Assembly (NCBI GenBank): GCA_028534125.1
Contig: CM052817.1
Coordinates: 13,022,001-13,086,000 of the forward strand
Direction: 5' to 3'
Length of the DNA: 64,000 nt
Origin: Lama glama
Lineage: Eukaryota
In this document: positions 13,464 to 24,707 of the stretch, piece after piece
How the letters are laid out: each line of letters starts with the position of its first letter
Numbering within the stretch: the first letter of the stretch is position 1
Position numbers and translations under genes: made by a program
The notes under the pieces: model-generated
Told to the model about the DNA's origin: nothing
Database searches by the model: none
What the model saw: the letters and a program-made list of their open reading frames with translations, nothing else

Positions 13464-14867
13464 GTGGCATTAAACACCTGGGCTTCTTTAATAAAAGTAA
13501 AGCATTTTCTAAATCAAATAAGCATTTAATGGTTAAACTGATGAGGAAACATTATGAATCATGAATATTATCTCAAATTTATTTTTGAGAGTTGTTGGTC
13601 CTGGATGAAGTTCAGACTCAAAAACGTATGATACTTTTCCCTGTGAATAGTAAGTGAAATTTCGAATTTGGGATCTTTTATTCCACTAATAGTATTTACA
13701 GTTACTGCTGGTGGTGCAGTGACTTTAGAATAACAGAAGCGAATGTTGCTCTTTACTTCCAGTCTCTCCCCAGGATGCTTGGCAATTTCTCTCAATCTTC
13801 TGGTTGCTTTCTCAAAACAGCTGGAACTTAACTTTGAAAATACAGAGAGCCAACGTTGTCCTACAGCTTTTAATTGCCAATTAAGCAGGTTTGAATTTAT
13901 GAATCCATCTCATCTGTGATTAAAGTGGAGTTTTATTTTTTTAAGGTTTTTAAACACTGTGAGTACTTTTCATATTTCTTACCTGAGTAGATAGGGTTAA
14001 TAAGTTTTAACCTATAATCATAATTAAAAATCAATGTCTTTATATAAGAATCGAAGGAAAGTTCAATATCTGTACTGGCATGTCCCATATCTGTGCAAAT
14101 TGTAATATTAGATTATGTTTATAGGAATATCAAGCAGATAATTTCATGAAAAATTTTTGTAAATTAATAAAAAGATACTGACTAGGCAAAATACACAAAT
14201 ATCAAAATATCATGTTCATATAGCATAAATATATCTATATAAGAAAAATGTGTTATGTATACACATCAGATATATCTATCAGGTATAGATACACACATGA
14301 AATCCTCAAATGGAAATTTTCTTAAAGAAAAAGCAGCCATAATCATGTGTGAGTGAAAAGTAATGTTTTAAGAAGCATTTTTGTAAAGAACCCTTGGCTC
14401 GTATTTGGATGTCATTGCCAATCTTAAGTCAATTAAATTATTTCAAGTTTCTGTTTTCCTGTTGGGGGGGTGGGGCAGGTAGGAGTGTTTACTTATTTAA
14501 TTGGCTCTGGAATAAAGACTTATCATTTGGTTCCTGCAGTTCTTCCAAAGTTAAATCATGTACTGTATTAAAAGAAAACAATGTCTGAGTGAAATATTAT
14601 TGAACTTGGTTCTTTTTGTTGTTAATGGGATATTGGTTTGTAGGTTTCCCTCACCTCCATGATTAATTTCTCTGTCTCTCCATGGACTCCAAGTTGGAGG
14701 AAGAAATAGAATTTTTTTCTCCCTATATTTGCCATTAAAACTAGCAAACACTGATACTAAATTGATCAGAAAGTTGAGGTGGGGAAGACTATTTACTTAA
14801 AGTAGAAAATCCTAGTATCAGTCACCACATTCCCCCAGTCTCCTACAAGGGACATCACCCTGTTGTA

Positions 14868-14960
14868 TGGTGGTTCTTAATATTGTCTGGCTGCCCATGA
14901 GATCATGTGGGAGCTTCAAAATATTCTGATGCCCAAGTGCACCCTGAATCTATTAAGGGT
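14868..14960. mobile_element. MER5-type fragment abutting the MLT2 LTR
   Basis: GTGGTTCTTAA...ATCATGTGGGAGCTTCAAAATATTCTGATGCCCA. Confidence 0.5.
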
Positions 14961-14975
14961 AATACTTTGGAGAGA

Positions 14976-15440
14976 GTGATCTTTAATTTCAAGTTTCAGT
15001 TTAACTGGGACATGAGGTTACCAGATATTTGATCAAACATTATTCTGGGCACTCCTGTGAGTTTAACATTAAATTACTAGACTGAGTCAAGCAGGCTGGC
15101 CTCCTTTACATGGATGAGTTTCATCCAACCATTTGAAGGCCTGAATAGAACAAAAAGGCTTACCCTCCCCTGAACCAGTGAGAATTCCTTCTGCTCGACT
15201 CTTTTGAGTTGGAATATTGCTGCTGCTGCTGTTTGTTTGTTTCCTGCCTTCAGACTTGAACTGAAACATTTGCTCTTCCAGGATCTTGGAAGGTCCAGGA
15301 TCTTGCTGGCTTTCAGTTTGGAATTTACACCATCAGCTCTCCTGGGTATCCAGCTGGCTGACTGCAGGTCTTGGAACTTGCCAACTTCTATATAATTGTA
15401 TAAGCCAATGCTTTATAATAAATATCCTATAAAAATATAT
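14976..15440 (+). mobile_element. ERVL LTR (MLT2D-like)
   Basis: CCAGATATTTGATCAAACATTATTCTGGG...TTGAAGGCCTGAATAGAACAAAAAGGCT...CCTGCCTTCAGACTTGAACTGAAACAT...AGCCAATGCTTTATAATAAAT. Confidence 0.8.
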
Positions 15441-15504
15441 TTAATTTTACTTGTGTATATATAAAGATATGTACACTTATGGATATATATGCAGATATAT
15501 AAAG

Positions 15505-15800
15505 ACAGGTGACTTTATGTGGCCAGTGAAACACGAGAAGTCACGTATGTCACATGTATGTCATGCTCAAGAGCCAAAGAGTGAATCTTCCTCTTCTCTT
15601 TCCCCCTGCTATGATGACCACAAATGTTTTAGGGACAGGATACCCAACGAGTCTGTTTCCTGGAATGAAGATGATGTGGAAAAACAGTGAAGATAACATG
15701 GAATGTGACACAATAGTCTCAATATGGACATGAAGCATGAATAAGAAATAAACATTATGATTATGGATTTTCTATAAGAGTTTTTCACACTTTTGTTAAC
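15505..15800 (+). mobile_element. MLT1-type LTR fragment
   Basis: GGCCAGTGAAAC...ATGGACATGAAGCATGAATAAGAAATAAAC. Confidence 0.5.
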
Positions 15801-16249
15801 ATATACATCTATTACCCAGTCTTTCAGCTCTGGGGCCTTTCTGCCTCTGGGCTTCTTGGGATGTGAGATAACACATTGTCTTATGGACTAAAGCACTTGG
15901 ATCATGGTTTTATGTTGCCTGCATCTGTAATTGTTCAAATTGTAAACCAGGAAAATTCCTTTCAATCCTTCAAACCCTAGTTATTGTCCTGTCTTTCTTG
16001 GGTCTTTCCTGGTATCAGAGGATAGCATTACCCTACTTTCTGTCACACTGCTATGTATATTTGTCTCATCACATGCATCAGACTGATTGCTAACCTTATT
16101 TTTATATTGTCTACCCACTAGCCAACAAGCTCTGCAACACAAAGATTTATGTCTTTTCTATCTTTAATTCTCTGGCATCTAGCCCAATATTAAGAAGTTT
16201 ATAGGGCCTAGTATACATTTTCCTGACTTAAATCAAATAATCCTTTAAT

Positions 16250-17360
16250 GTGGAAATGGTAATTCTCTCAAATGTTTATAATTGTCTTCAATATTTCCTC
16301 TACACACATTGAGAATCACACAACACAGTGCTGTAATTTTGCTTCTGCCATCAAACAGAATTTAGAAAGCATAAGGGAAGGAAATTATATTGTCTTTACC
16401 CTTATTTTTTACTCTTTCCTTTTTTTCTTCCTTCCTGATGCTCCAAGTTTCCTTCTTTTATCATTTCCTTTTCTCTTAGAGAACTTCCGTTAGCCATTCT
16501 GTTAGGGTGGGTCCACAGGCAAGACGAACACTCTTAGCAACCTTTCATCTGGAATGCCTTGATGTCCCCTCCACCGTCTGATTGGTATTGGTCGAACTGT
16601 GGTTTTCCTGGTTTTTGATATGATAAGTGATCTTCCTATTGTATCCTGAACATTGCGTTTGTCATGCTAGGAAACTCTTGGTGCTATTTAAATCTTCCCT
16701 TTTAGTGTGTGGTCACCATGTTTAGATTTAGCGTACAGTTTCTGGCCTACTTCTGTGGGTTTTAGTTCTAATGACAGTTTAGTTTTCATAGGTTTTGCAT
16801 TGCAGGTTTGACCTGTTTTGCTATCCTGGTACTGCTGGGTTTCCTGCTCAGTTCCTTCTAATGCTGAGGTCGTATCCTGGGTCATCTGCCGGTGGTGGAG
16901 GAGAGCCAGAACATGCTGGGCATGGGTCTCTTACACCACTGAGGGCAGGAAAAGCCGGGCTCCAGCAATGCTGCCCCAAGGGTGGGTCAGCTTGTCTCCT
17001 AGCGCGCATCTGATCGTGTGGCAGGGGTAGGTCAGCCTTCGGGGGCTTTTAAGCTGCTGCTCCGGGTGGGTGGATTTCGCCCAGCTGGTGCCCTAGGTAT
17101 GGAGCAGGGGTTGACACTTCCCACCGGGTCTCTCTCGGACTTGCCCTTTCTCTGCATTATGTAAGACAGAAGGAGAACCCAGGAGATTCCCTAGGTCATC
17201 ATTCCTCTGGGCCTGAGCTCCCTTGCCAGTCCAACTTTTCCTTTCCAGCTCTCTGAATCCTTTTATATTGTCTGTTGAATTATTTCCAGGGCATGTAGCT
17301 GTACTTAGAGGAAAGAGTGGGGATACATAAGCCTATAGCACCCTGCTCCAGAACTGGAAT
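16250..17360 (-). mobile_element. Old L1M fragment, internally deleted (ORF2 start/5' region)
   Basis: Motifs such as AGAACTTCCGTTAGCCATTCT...ACTCTTAGC resemble antisense old L1 sequence, followed by a GC-richer 5'UTR-like part. Confidence 0.5.
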
Positions 17361-18349
17361 TCTCCGAGTTCTTTCACATACTAACTTATTTAATCTTCAC
17401 AACTTCTTTGAAGTAGGATAATACAGAACCTTTTATTTTCCACATATGATAGGTTAAGGAAGAAAAATTAAAATTAAGAAGATCCTGGCAAAGACACCAA
17501 AGAAGAAGAATATACAGGTGAAACACATGCACATTTATTTTTGTGGACACACGCACACACCCATGCGCACATACACACAAAAACAGTTCTGACTGTGACC
17601 CTGAATAGATTTACAGCTTCAGGGCCTCCTTTAATCACAAAAAAATGCAATTTGCAATGAATGAGCAAGTGTCTAGAAGTTACTTTATTTTCATACACTT
17701 TAAAAAATGGCATTAGAATTCACATTTTATTTTTTATAATTTTTCATTACAATGCTTGGGAAACCATTCGTGGGGATCTTTGGACATTTTTCTACTGTGT
17801 TATCTCAACCACAATGAACAACACACATCTTTCGAGTTGATATTTCTTACACATCAAGATACGACTAGTCAGCAAGACAAAGCAGTATTTCTGGGTTTTT
17901 AGACATGACATTGTATTTATTGAATAGTTAAACTTCTATGTTTAGACTTAAGAGAGTCTTCTTTATATAATGTTTTTTTCCTAAGTTTATACAGATTTAT
18001 TTTTCACTCAAGTCTCATCTGTGGTAGAATTTCTAGGTTGTTTTGGTGGGGAAAATATTCCTTTTGTCTTATGTAACCAAGGACAGTGTATCCCAAGTCA
18101 TGAAAGAGAAATGAAATAATCCTATTAACATGGTAAGAAGGAGACAAAAAGGGTTGGCTCAAGCCAGATTATATTCAACCTAGTGATTCTCTGCTATGTG
18201 TTTTTATGTTGTCTTTTACATTCACCACCTTCAACTATAAATAATAGCCACAATGCAAATAAAAATAATACATTATTTTACAGTTCATATAGTTCTTTCA
18301 CATACAGTTTTCATTCCATTATCATGAATTTCCTGTGATTCACGAATTA

Positions 18350-18620
18350 GTAAGAGGCCCAGTGCTTTGGATTCTGGCTGCTTGGGTTAAAATCCTAGCT
18401 CTGCTGTTTGCTGGCTGAGAGACCTTGGGCAGGTTATTTAACCTTTTGTGGCCTCATTCCACATCCCTAAGGTAATGTGAGCAAGTCACTCAAACTTTTT
18501 TGTCCCTTAACTTCCTCGTCTAGAAGATAATACAGTTTTCTAGGAGGATTAAATGACGAAATAAAGTAAAACACTTAGAAAAATGCCTGCACGTAGTAAA
18601 TACTTAATAAATGTTATTTT
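18350..18620 (+). mobile_element. MIR SINE
   Basis: GGGTTAAAATCCTAGCTCTGC...GACCTTGGGCAGGTTATTTAACC...GAGGATTAAATGA...ACTTAATAAATGTTA. Confidence 0.7.
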
Positions 18621-18929
18621 TTTTTTAATCTCCATCTTACACGTGAGGACCATCTGGTTCAACAGATAAGCACATGTGAGAAATGGATAGTAGCCTATCT
18701 TGTACTTACTTACTCTATATTAAAATGAAATGAATTTAAATTTTCTTTAAATGCTTTTGCAGAGTTCCATTTCAGAGTTAAAGAAGTCGAGCTGCAGATA
18801 ATACTGAGAAAGACATTTACTGCCTGTCACAGAACAGCCACTTTGGAGCTCAGAGCTCTTATCTTTACAACATCCCTTTGAATTTTAACATAACCCTTTG
18901 GGAAACTATGACCTGGTACATGGAACAGT

Positions 18930-19444
18930 CACCTCTTTGGACTACAGACAAATAGGACCTGCCACAAGTTTTTATGTCGTCAGTGAGCTAAAAATGATTT
19001 TTATCTATTAAACTTAGCAATTGATTTGATGATAGAAAACACTTACTTGGAACCCCAATTAAATGAATGTTATCCCCCCAAAAGAATTCCATAATTGTCA
19101 TTAGTAGATCTGTATCACAAAAAACTGTAATCAATAGTTACATTTTTACTTTATTTTATTTTTTATTGAAGTATAGTCAGTTTACAATGTTGTGTCAATT
19201 TCTGGTGTACAGCATAATGTTGTAGTCATACATATACATACATGAATTCTTTTTCATATCCTTTTTCATTATAGGTTACTACAAGATATTGTTACATTTT
19301 TAATTACATCAGCAAAAGAGTTGTGGAAATTAATTTTCTTTATTTATTATGTTAAGTGTTTTATAATGTGTTTTATTTTGCCTGTTGGCCTGCAAAGTCT
19401 AAAATACTATCTGATCCTTTACAGAAAAAGTTTGTTAACTCTTG
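18930..19444. mobile_element. hAT-Charlie non-autonomous DNA transposon fossil (MER58/Charlie-like), split by the short L1
   Basis: Terminal motif GGCCTGCAAAGTCTAAAATACTATCTGATCCTTTACAGAAAAAGTTTGTTAACTCTTG and 5' motif GAGCTAAAAATGATTTTTA. Confidence 0.65.
19149..19290 (-). mobile_element. Very short (142 bp) L1 3'-end insertion
   Basis: Same 3'UTR family as 9457-9909. Perfect 12-bp TSD GTTACATTTTTA at 19137-19148 and 19291-19302. Confidence 0.9.
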
Positions 19445-20154
19445 GATTAAGACATTAATGTGATTTTTTGTACAAAAAATAGCTTTTGACCATCAGGCAG
19501 GTATATACTCTGAACTGTATTTTTCCAATAGTGGTTATGAACTACCTCTGTTAAGCAGATTTGGTTTTTATCTAAAATATATAATATTTAGACTTGGGAT
19601 TTAAAAATATTTATTTTGAGTTTATGTTAGTCTACAGCAATTTTTTTTTGTTATTTTAGCCTGATATTGTGACCCTCTAAGAGAAATCAGTAGGAGTCTG
19701 CAGAAGTTGTGAAGGGTTCCTGCCCACTCTTTCCCAGATAACACAGATTTTTTTTTTCTTCTGTGAAAATCTAGGAGGCATTTTTAGATTTAATAAGTCA
19801 AAAGATTAGGCAATTTAAAACTATTTACAACTGAATTTCCTTTTCCTCAATGGTTAATTTCTTGTAAACTTATTTTAACCTCATAAAACTATTAACATTT
19901 TTGCTGTTTATTTTCTCTTGGGCTTTTAAATGTTAATGTGTTTTTTTAACCTACATCGTTGAGTATTAACTATTTCTTTTACTTTCTTTGTGGTTGTTCT
20001 TGCCCAAGTAGCTTATGCATTTAATGTTCATAGGTCACTATACTCCACCATCACCTCCCAAAACACACTTTTGTCTTAACTATGTAGAGAATGAAACACT
20101 GTGCAAAGCACTCAAATCACAGAATTTGAGAAACAGGTTTCATGATGTTTATAA

Positions 20155-20390
20155 AATGGGATTTGGTGTCAGACCGGAATACTGATTCCTACTTTGCCAG
20201 TTACTAGCTGTATGAGCAGCACCAGCTGAATGAATTCCTACGAGCCCCAGTTTTCTTAACTATCTATGGGAGATAAAAATAGCCTCTAATTCAGAGGATT
20301 GTCTTGAAAATGAAAGGAGCTGAGAAACACAAGGTGAGGATCCCAGTGTTTGGAACACAGAGAATATTTAATGAATAGAGTTGCATTATT
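20155..20390 (+). mobile_element. MIR SINE
   Basis: TTTGGTGTCAGACC...TTACTAGCTGTATGA...GAGCCCCAGTTTTCTTAACTATCTATGGGAGATAA. Confidence 0.55.
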
Positions 20391-20869
20391 ACTGAGAACT
20401 GGAAAAGAGTTATAGTTTAACTGGTCCAATCCCAACATTACATAAATGAGAAAAACTAAGGCCATAAGCTCTAACATACCCAAAGCAGTCTCACTTAGCA
20501 ACATATTCAGGTTTCAGACTTTTCGCTCTAAGATTTTACTAAAACACCAAGAGGCTATTTTATTATGACAGTGGAAAACCAGCTCCACCTCTTCAAAACA
20601 GTACTGAGGACATAGTTATCACGAAATGAATTGTATCGATCTCCCCTCATTTCTTCATGGATTACTGTAAGCCTGGGCAGAGTTTGATCTTTCTTCTAGT
20701 CTTAAAATATAGCCCCCAGCCCACCCTTCCAGGGTTTCCCAGGGCTCAGGATAGGAAGCTACTTGATCATTATAATAGTTAATGGAACTATCTAATTTGT
20801 TCTCACAATACAAATGAAATATTTCAGAAATGTTCACTAATGAGTAGTAGGAATGATGAAAACAGTAAC

Positions 20870-21060
20870 ACTGCCCTTTATTTAATAAGCACCTAGCTCT
20901 ATGCCAGGTTCTGTGCTGTTAATTTGACAGATGTTATCTTAATCTTCACGGTAATCATGAAAAGTTAAGTATTGTTATTCCTGTATATATGTAATATTAA
21001 GCTGGAAAAAATTTAGTGTAATGAATTTTATAACTGGCCAAGACATAACAATTAGAGCAG
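20870..21060 (-). mobile_element. MIR SINE
   Basis: AGCACCTAGCTCTATGCCAGG...ATCTTAATCTTCAC...GTATTGTTATTCC. Confidence 0.55.
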
Positions 21061-21159
21061 CTTGCTGAGATGGAAGCTCTTTCCATTTCTCAAGGCCATT
21101 TCTTTGGAAAATGAGCTTAAATTCTTGTTACCTCCTTGGGGCTGCGCATGAAAACATTT

Positions 21160-21178
21160 TGGTGCCCCCTAGAGGTTA
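21160..21178 (-). promoter_or_regulatory. Candidate CTCF binding site
   Basis: Minus strand reads TAACCTCTAGGGGGCACCA, close to the CTCF core CC(A/T)C(C/T)AG(A/G)(G/T)GGC(A/G)C. Confidence 0.6.
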
Positions 21179-21313
21179 TCAGGAGTGTACACTTGTCAAA
21201 TGCCTGGGAATGAGTAGCTGAAGTCAATTCAGCAGGTGCTACCTATCATTCACTGCTGCCTGATTCTCCAGACGTAGGTGGCTCAGGTACAACCACAAAG
21301 GAGCTCTAGAGAG

Positions 21314-21492
21314 CGGTGGTTCTCAAGCTTCAGTGACCATCAAAACCACTGTGAGGCTTGTTGGAACTCTGGCCTTCACCCCCAGAGTTTCTGATTCTGT
21401 GCTAAGGTGGGGCCTGAAAATTTGCATTTCTAACTAGAATCCTTGGCATTTTGGATGCTGCTGGTCTTGGGGACCACATCTGAAGACCACTG
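21314..21492. mobile_element. MER5A (hAT-Charlie MITE)
   Basis: Terminal inverted repeats CGGTGGTTCTCAA / GAAGACCACTG. Internal CCCCAGAGTTTCTGATTC and AATTTGCATTTCTAAC. Flanks CTCTAGAG / CCCTAGAG. Confidence 0.85.
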
Positions 21493-24453
21493 CCCTAGAG
21501 AATCATCTCGAAGTTTAAGCTAGTTCCAGTACCTGGACCAGAAGCTGGCTGGTTCTGTGGATCCTAGTTCTCTCCTGCTCCCTTTAGATGCTTATAAATA
21601 GTGTGTGCAGAGAAATGTGAACATCTCCTCTGTGAGAGTGACAGTTCCTGACAAACTACAAATTCCATCATCCCTGGGAGTTCCGGATACTCTGTAGGTT
21701 GGGTGTAGGAGAATCAATTGAGGTTTGAGGTCAGAGAACTCAGGTCCTGGTTTCAACTCTGCCAGGTAATCAGACCTGGCTAAAGACCAAAGTCCTCACC
21801 TGAACACAAATTAACTAGCAACCATCTAGAATTACAGTGCAGTTTTAACTCCATCAAATAGCTTGGATCCTAGGAGGCAGGAAAAATTTTTAGTTAAATC
21901 TTTATTTCCATAATGGTATGGAGATTCATATTTACATGTCCAATACAAAAATATTATGAAAAAAATTAGGTAATTAACATGTGTACGTTTTGCAACAATG
22001 GAAAAGAGCAGTGTGAAAACATTTCAATCTACAGAATTATCCTGGAAGTTTCACAAATTTAATAATGCTATTACGATTATCTACCTTTTTTTCACTCTTA
22101 TTTACCTCTTTTTTGTCAATTCTCCTTTCTTCTTCCTTTTCTCCATACATCAATTTCACAAACTTTTTTTCCTCCAAAGAAAATGCAAATTGAGAGAAAG
22201 CTTTCTTGTATTTTGTTTGTTTTTTTACTGTATGAGTTTTTAAATGTCTACATTGTTTTCTAAATTATTGTAGCCACTGGATTTTTTTTTTTTCCTCAAG
22301 ATTACAGGGGACTTCTATGTTGACTTCAGTGGACTCCACGTCTGTTTAATTCAGGTCAGGATTTATGGAGACCTCATGTGGTGACAGGAGGCACCACAGA
22401 AGGCTTTCTTCAGGCTGGGCGGAACAGAGTCAAAGAGAAACTCAGAACCCATTTGGGAGCAACATATTCTAGAAAGAACTAAGATCTAGAAGTTAATGGT
22501 ACTGAAGCATCAAACACATCCTGCAATAATACTACAGGAATAATAGAACAATATTTCTTAAAAGAAAAATCTGGTCACCCATGTATAAATTTTCCTTTTG
22601 CTTACTGAAAAGTTGATGACACAGACATTAAGGTGCCATGTCTCTCAGGAATTAGTTGCAGTTTTTTTTTTCTTAATGAAATCCATTGGACATACCTTCT
22701 CAGTCAAATTTGCATCAAATTCAAAAATATGTTTCTGCAGGCATGCTGCTGTGAATGTTATTTTCAGCTCTTTTCCTGGTTTTACACAGAATGGAAAGTG
22801 AGCCAGAGAAAGAATCAAACTTGAACTCATGTCTATGACTTGCTTTATGCAATGATGTTAATAGCATTACTCATGAGTATTTGGAATGCGGGATATGTTT
22901 TTGCAATTAAAATACAGAACAATGATTCTATGAGGCAGATAAAGTTGAACATAAATACTCGTATCTTGTTGCTGACAGGGTATCAAAGTTGTGGAATTAA
23001 GTTAATTAGCGTGGTAGTAAATATATTTCAACCAGTTAATTTACTGGTACACACTAAAGAAATTCTCTGAGGGTGGGGATGCAGAGGGATGGAAGAGTCC
23101 ATCATTGATGGGTACTTGTTCTTTATCTCATTTTTCTTAAAAGAAAATGTCACGATGGCTTCCACTTTCTCCTTCTTAAGGAAGTTACATAACAGACCTT
23201 TAAGCTAAAATCTAGACGGACAAATGAGTTAATGAATGTTAAACGTTTTTAAGTATTTAAAAGAACAGAGGACTATAAATCAATGGCATTAATATGAGTA
23301 ATCCTAAGAGTTCCCATTCAGTTATCAAATGGGTACCCTCTCTTTGGAAATGTCCTCAAAATGGCTTTAAGTTTTCCAGGGAAGGCAAAATGACATAGGC
23401 AGAGGTAGCTATTATGCAAAGATATTTTGGAAAATGCAAGTAGGAAAAAAGTTACTGAGGATATTGGAGAGATTTCAAATTAAGTATATTCTTGTGGTAA
23501 AGAAATCAGTCAATTTTCAGGGCACCGCCTGTGCGCCAGGCATATTGTTAGATGCTGAAAATAGAAAAATGAACCTGATGGGTCCTCTTGCCTTCATGGG
23601 GGTGACAGATAATTACACAAATAATTATCACACTGTAAGACAGGCATTAGGCTAGGGGCTTGAAAAATTCCTGTGAAAGAGATGTAAGGTGAAATAGGAC
23701 CAGGAAGAATGAGGTGAGATGCTTTAAATCCAAGCGAAATTGTTGACTCATTTAGATGTCATTTCAAACCAATCGTGACTTTGTTTTTTTCTGGGGGGTG
23801 GGGGGGGCAGGAGAGTGGTAGCAGTTGCCAGACATACATCACAATAAAAAGACAAGAAGAAACAAGGAAATTCTCTTCCAAAACAGTGGGGCAAAAATAT
23901 CCAGAACGTCCCTGAAATAAAGGAAACCTTCTGGTTACAACGTGCGTTGCTAGGGATTTATTTTTTCCCTCCTTTCCTAAGAGAGTAAAATCACACAGAC
24001 ACATTCAAGCCCTTGGAGTTTTGTGAGCGTACAGTGTATTCAAGATGTCAACAGAGCACGGTGCTCAGTGCGTGACTACAAAGAAAGGGTTAAACGGAAG
24101 GGGGTGGCTCAGAGATGGGAGGCTGGCGAGAAGATTCAAAAACACCACTTCCCAACTTGCAAAAACTCTGAACTTTTAAGCTCCCCAAAATACACATGTG
24201 TGTGTCTGAGCGCAGCAGATCTATTTCGGTGGATTTTTTTTTTTGAATTTTAAAACCATAATCTCTCTCTTTCTCTCTCTCTCTCTTGCTGCGCTTCAAA
24301 CACTGAGCAGCCCCCTTAGGATCGCGTGGCAAAAGCTGCAGCGGAGAAACTGGCAGCGCTATTTATGAGCAGCGTTCAAAGCCGCCCTCCCGTCATCCCC
24401 CCGCAGCGAACGACCATCTTCGAGCCTGGGTCACCTCGGGGACCCTGGGGCTG

Positions 24454-24674
24454 GGGGCGGGGTCCGGGGAACCTCCTTCCTCCGCCAAACTTCGCCGGGG
24501 CGTGGGAGCGAGGGCGCGGGCCGGGGTGCGCGGGAACGCGCCGCCGCCGCCGCCTCCGCCCGGCGCTGGCAGCCGGGGCCTCACCTCTCCCGGGCGAGGT
24601 GCGGGCTCCCCGCGCGCAGCCAGTGGGCGGAGCCGGGCCGCGCGGGGCGGGGCCGAGGGGGCCGGGGCTCCGCC
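24454..24674. promoter_or_regulatory. Cluster of Sp/KLF GC boxes
   Basis: GGGGCGGGG 24454-24462, TGGGCGGAGC 24624-24633, GGGGCGGGGC 24644-24653, GCTCCGCC 24667-24674; also (GCC)5 at 24540-24554. Confidence 0.7.
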
Positions 24675-24677
24675 GGC

Positions 24678-24686
24678 TATATAAAG
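24678..24686 (+). promoter_or_regulatory. TATA box
   Basis: TATATAAAG embedded in GC-rich DNA, just downstream of several GC boxes. Confidence 0.8.
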
Positions 24687-24707
24687 CCGGAGCAGGCTTA
24701 ACTTCTG

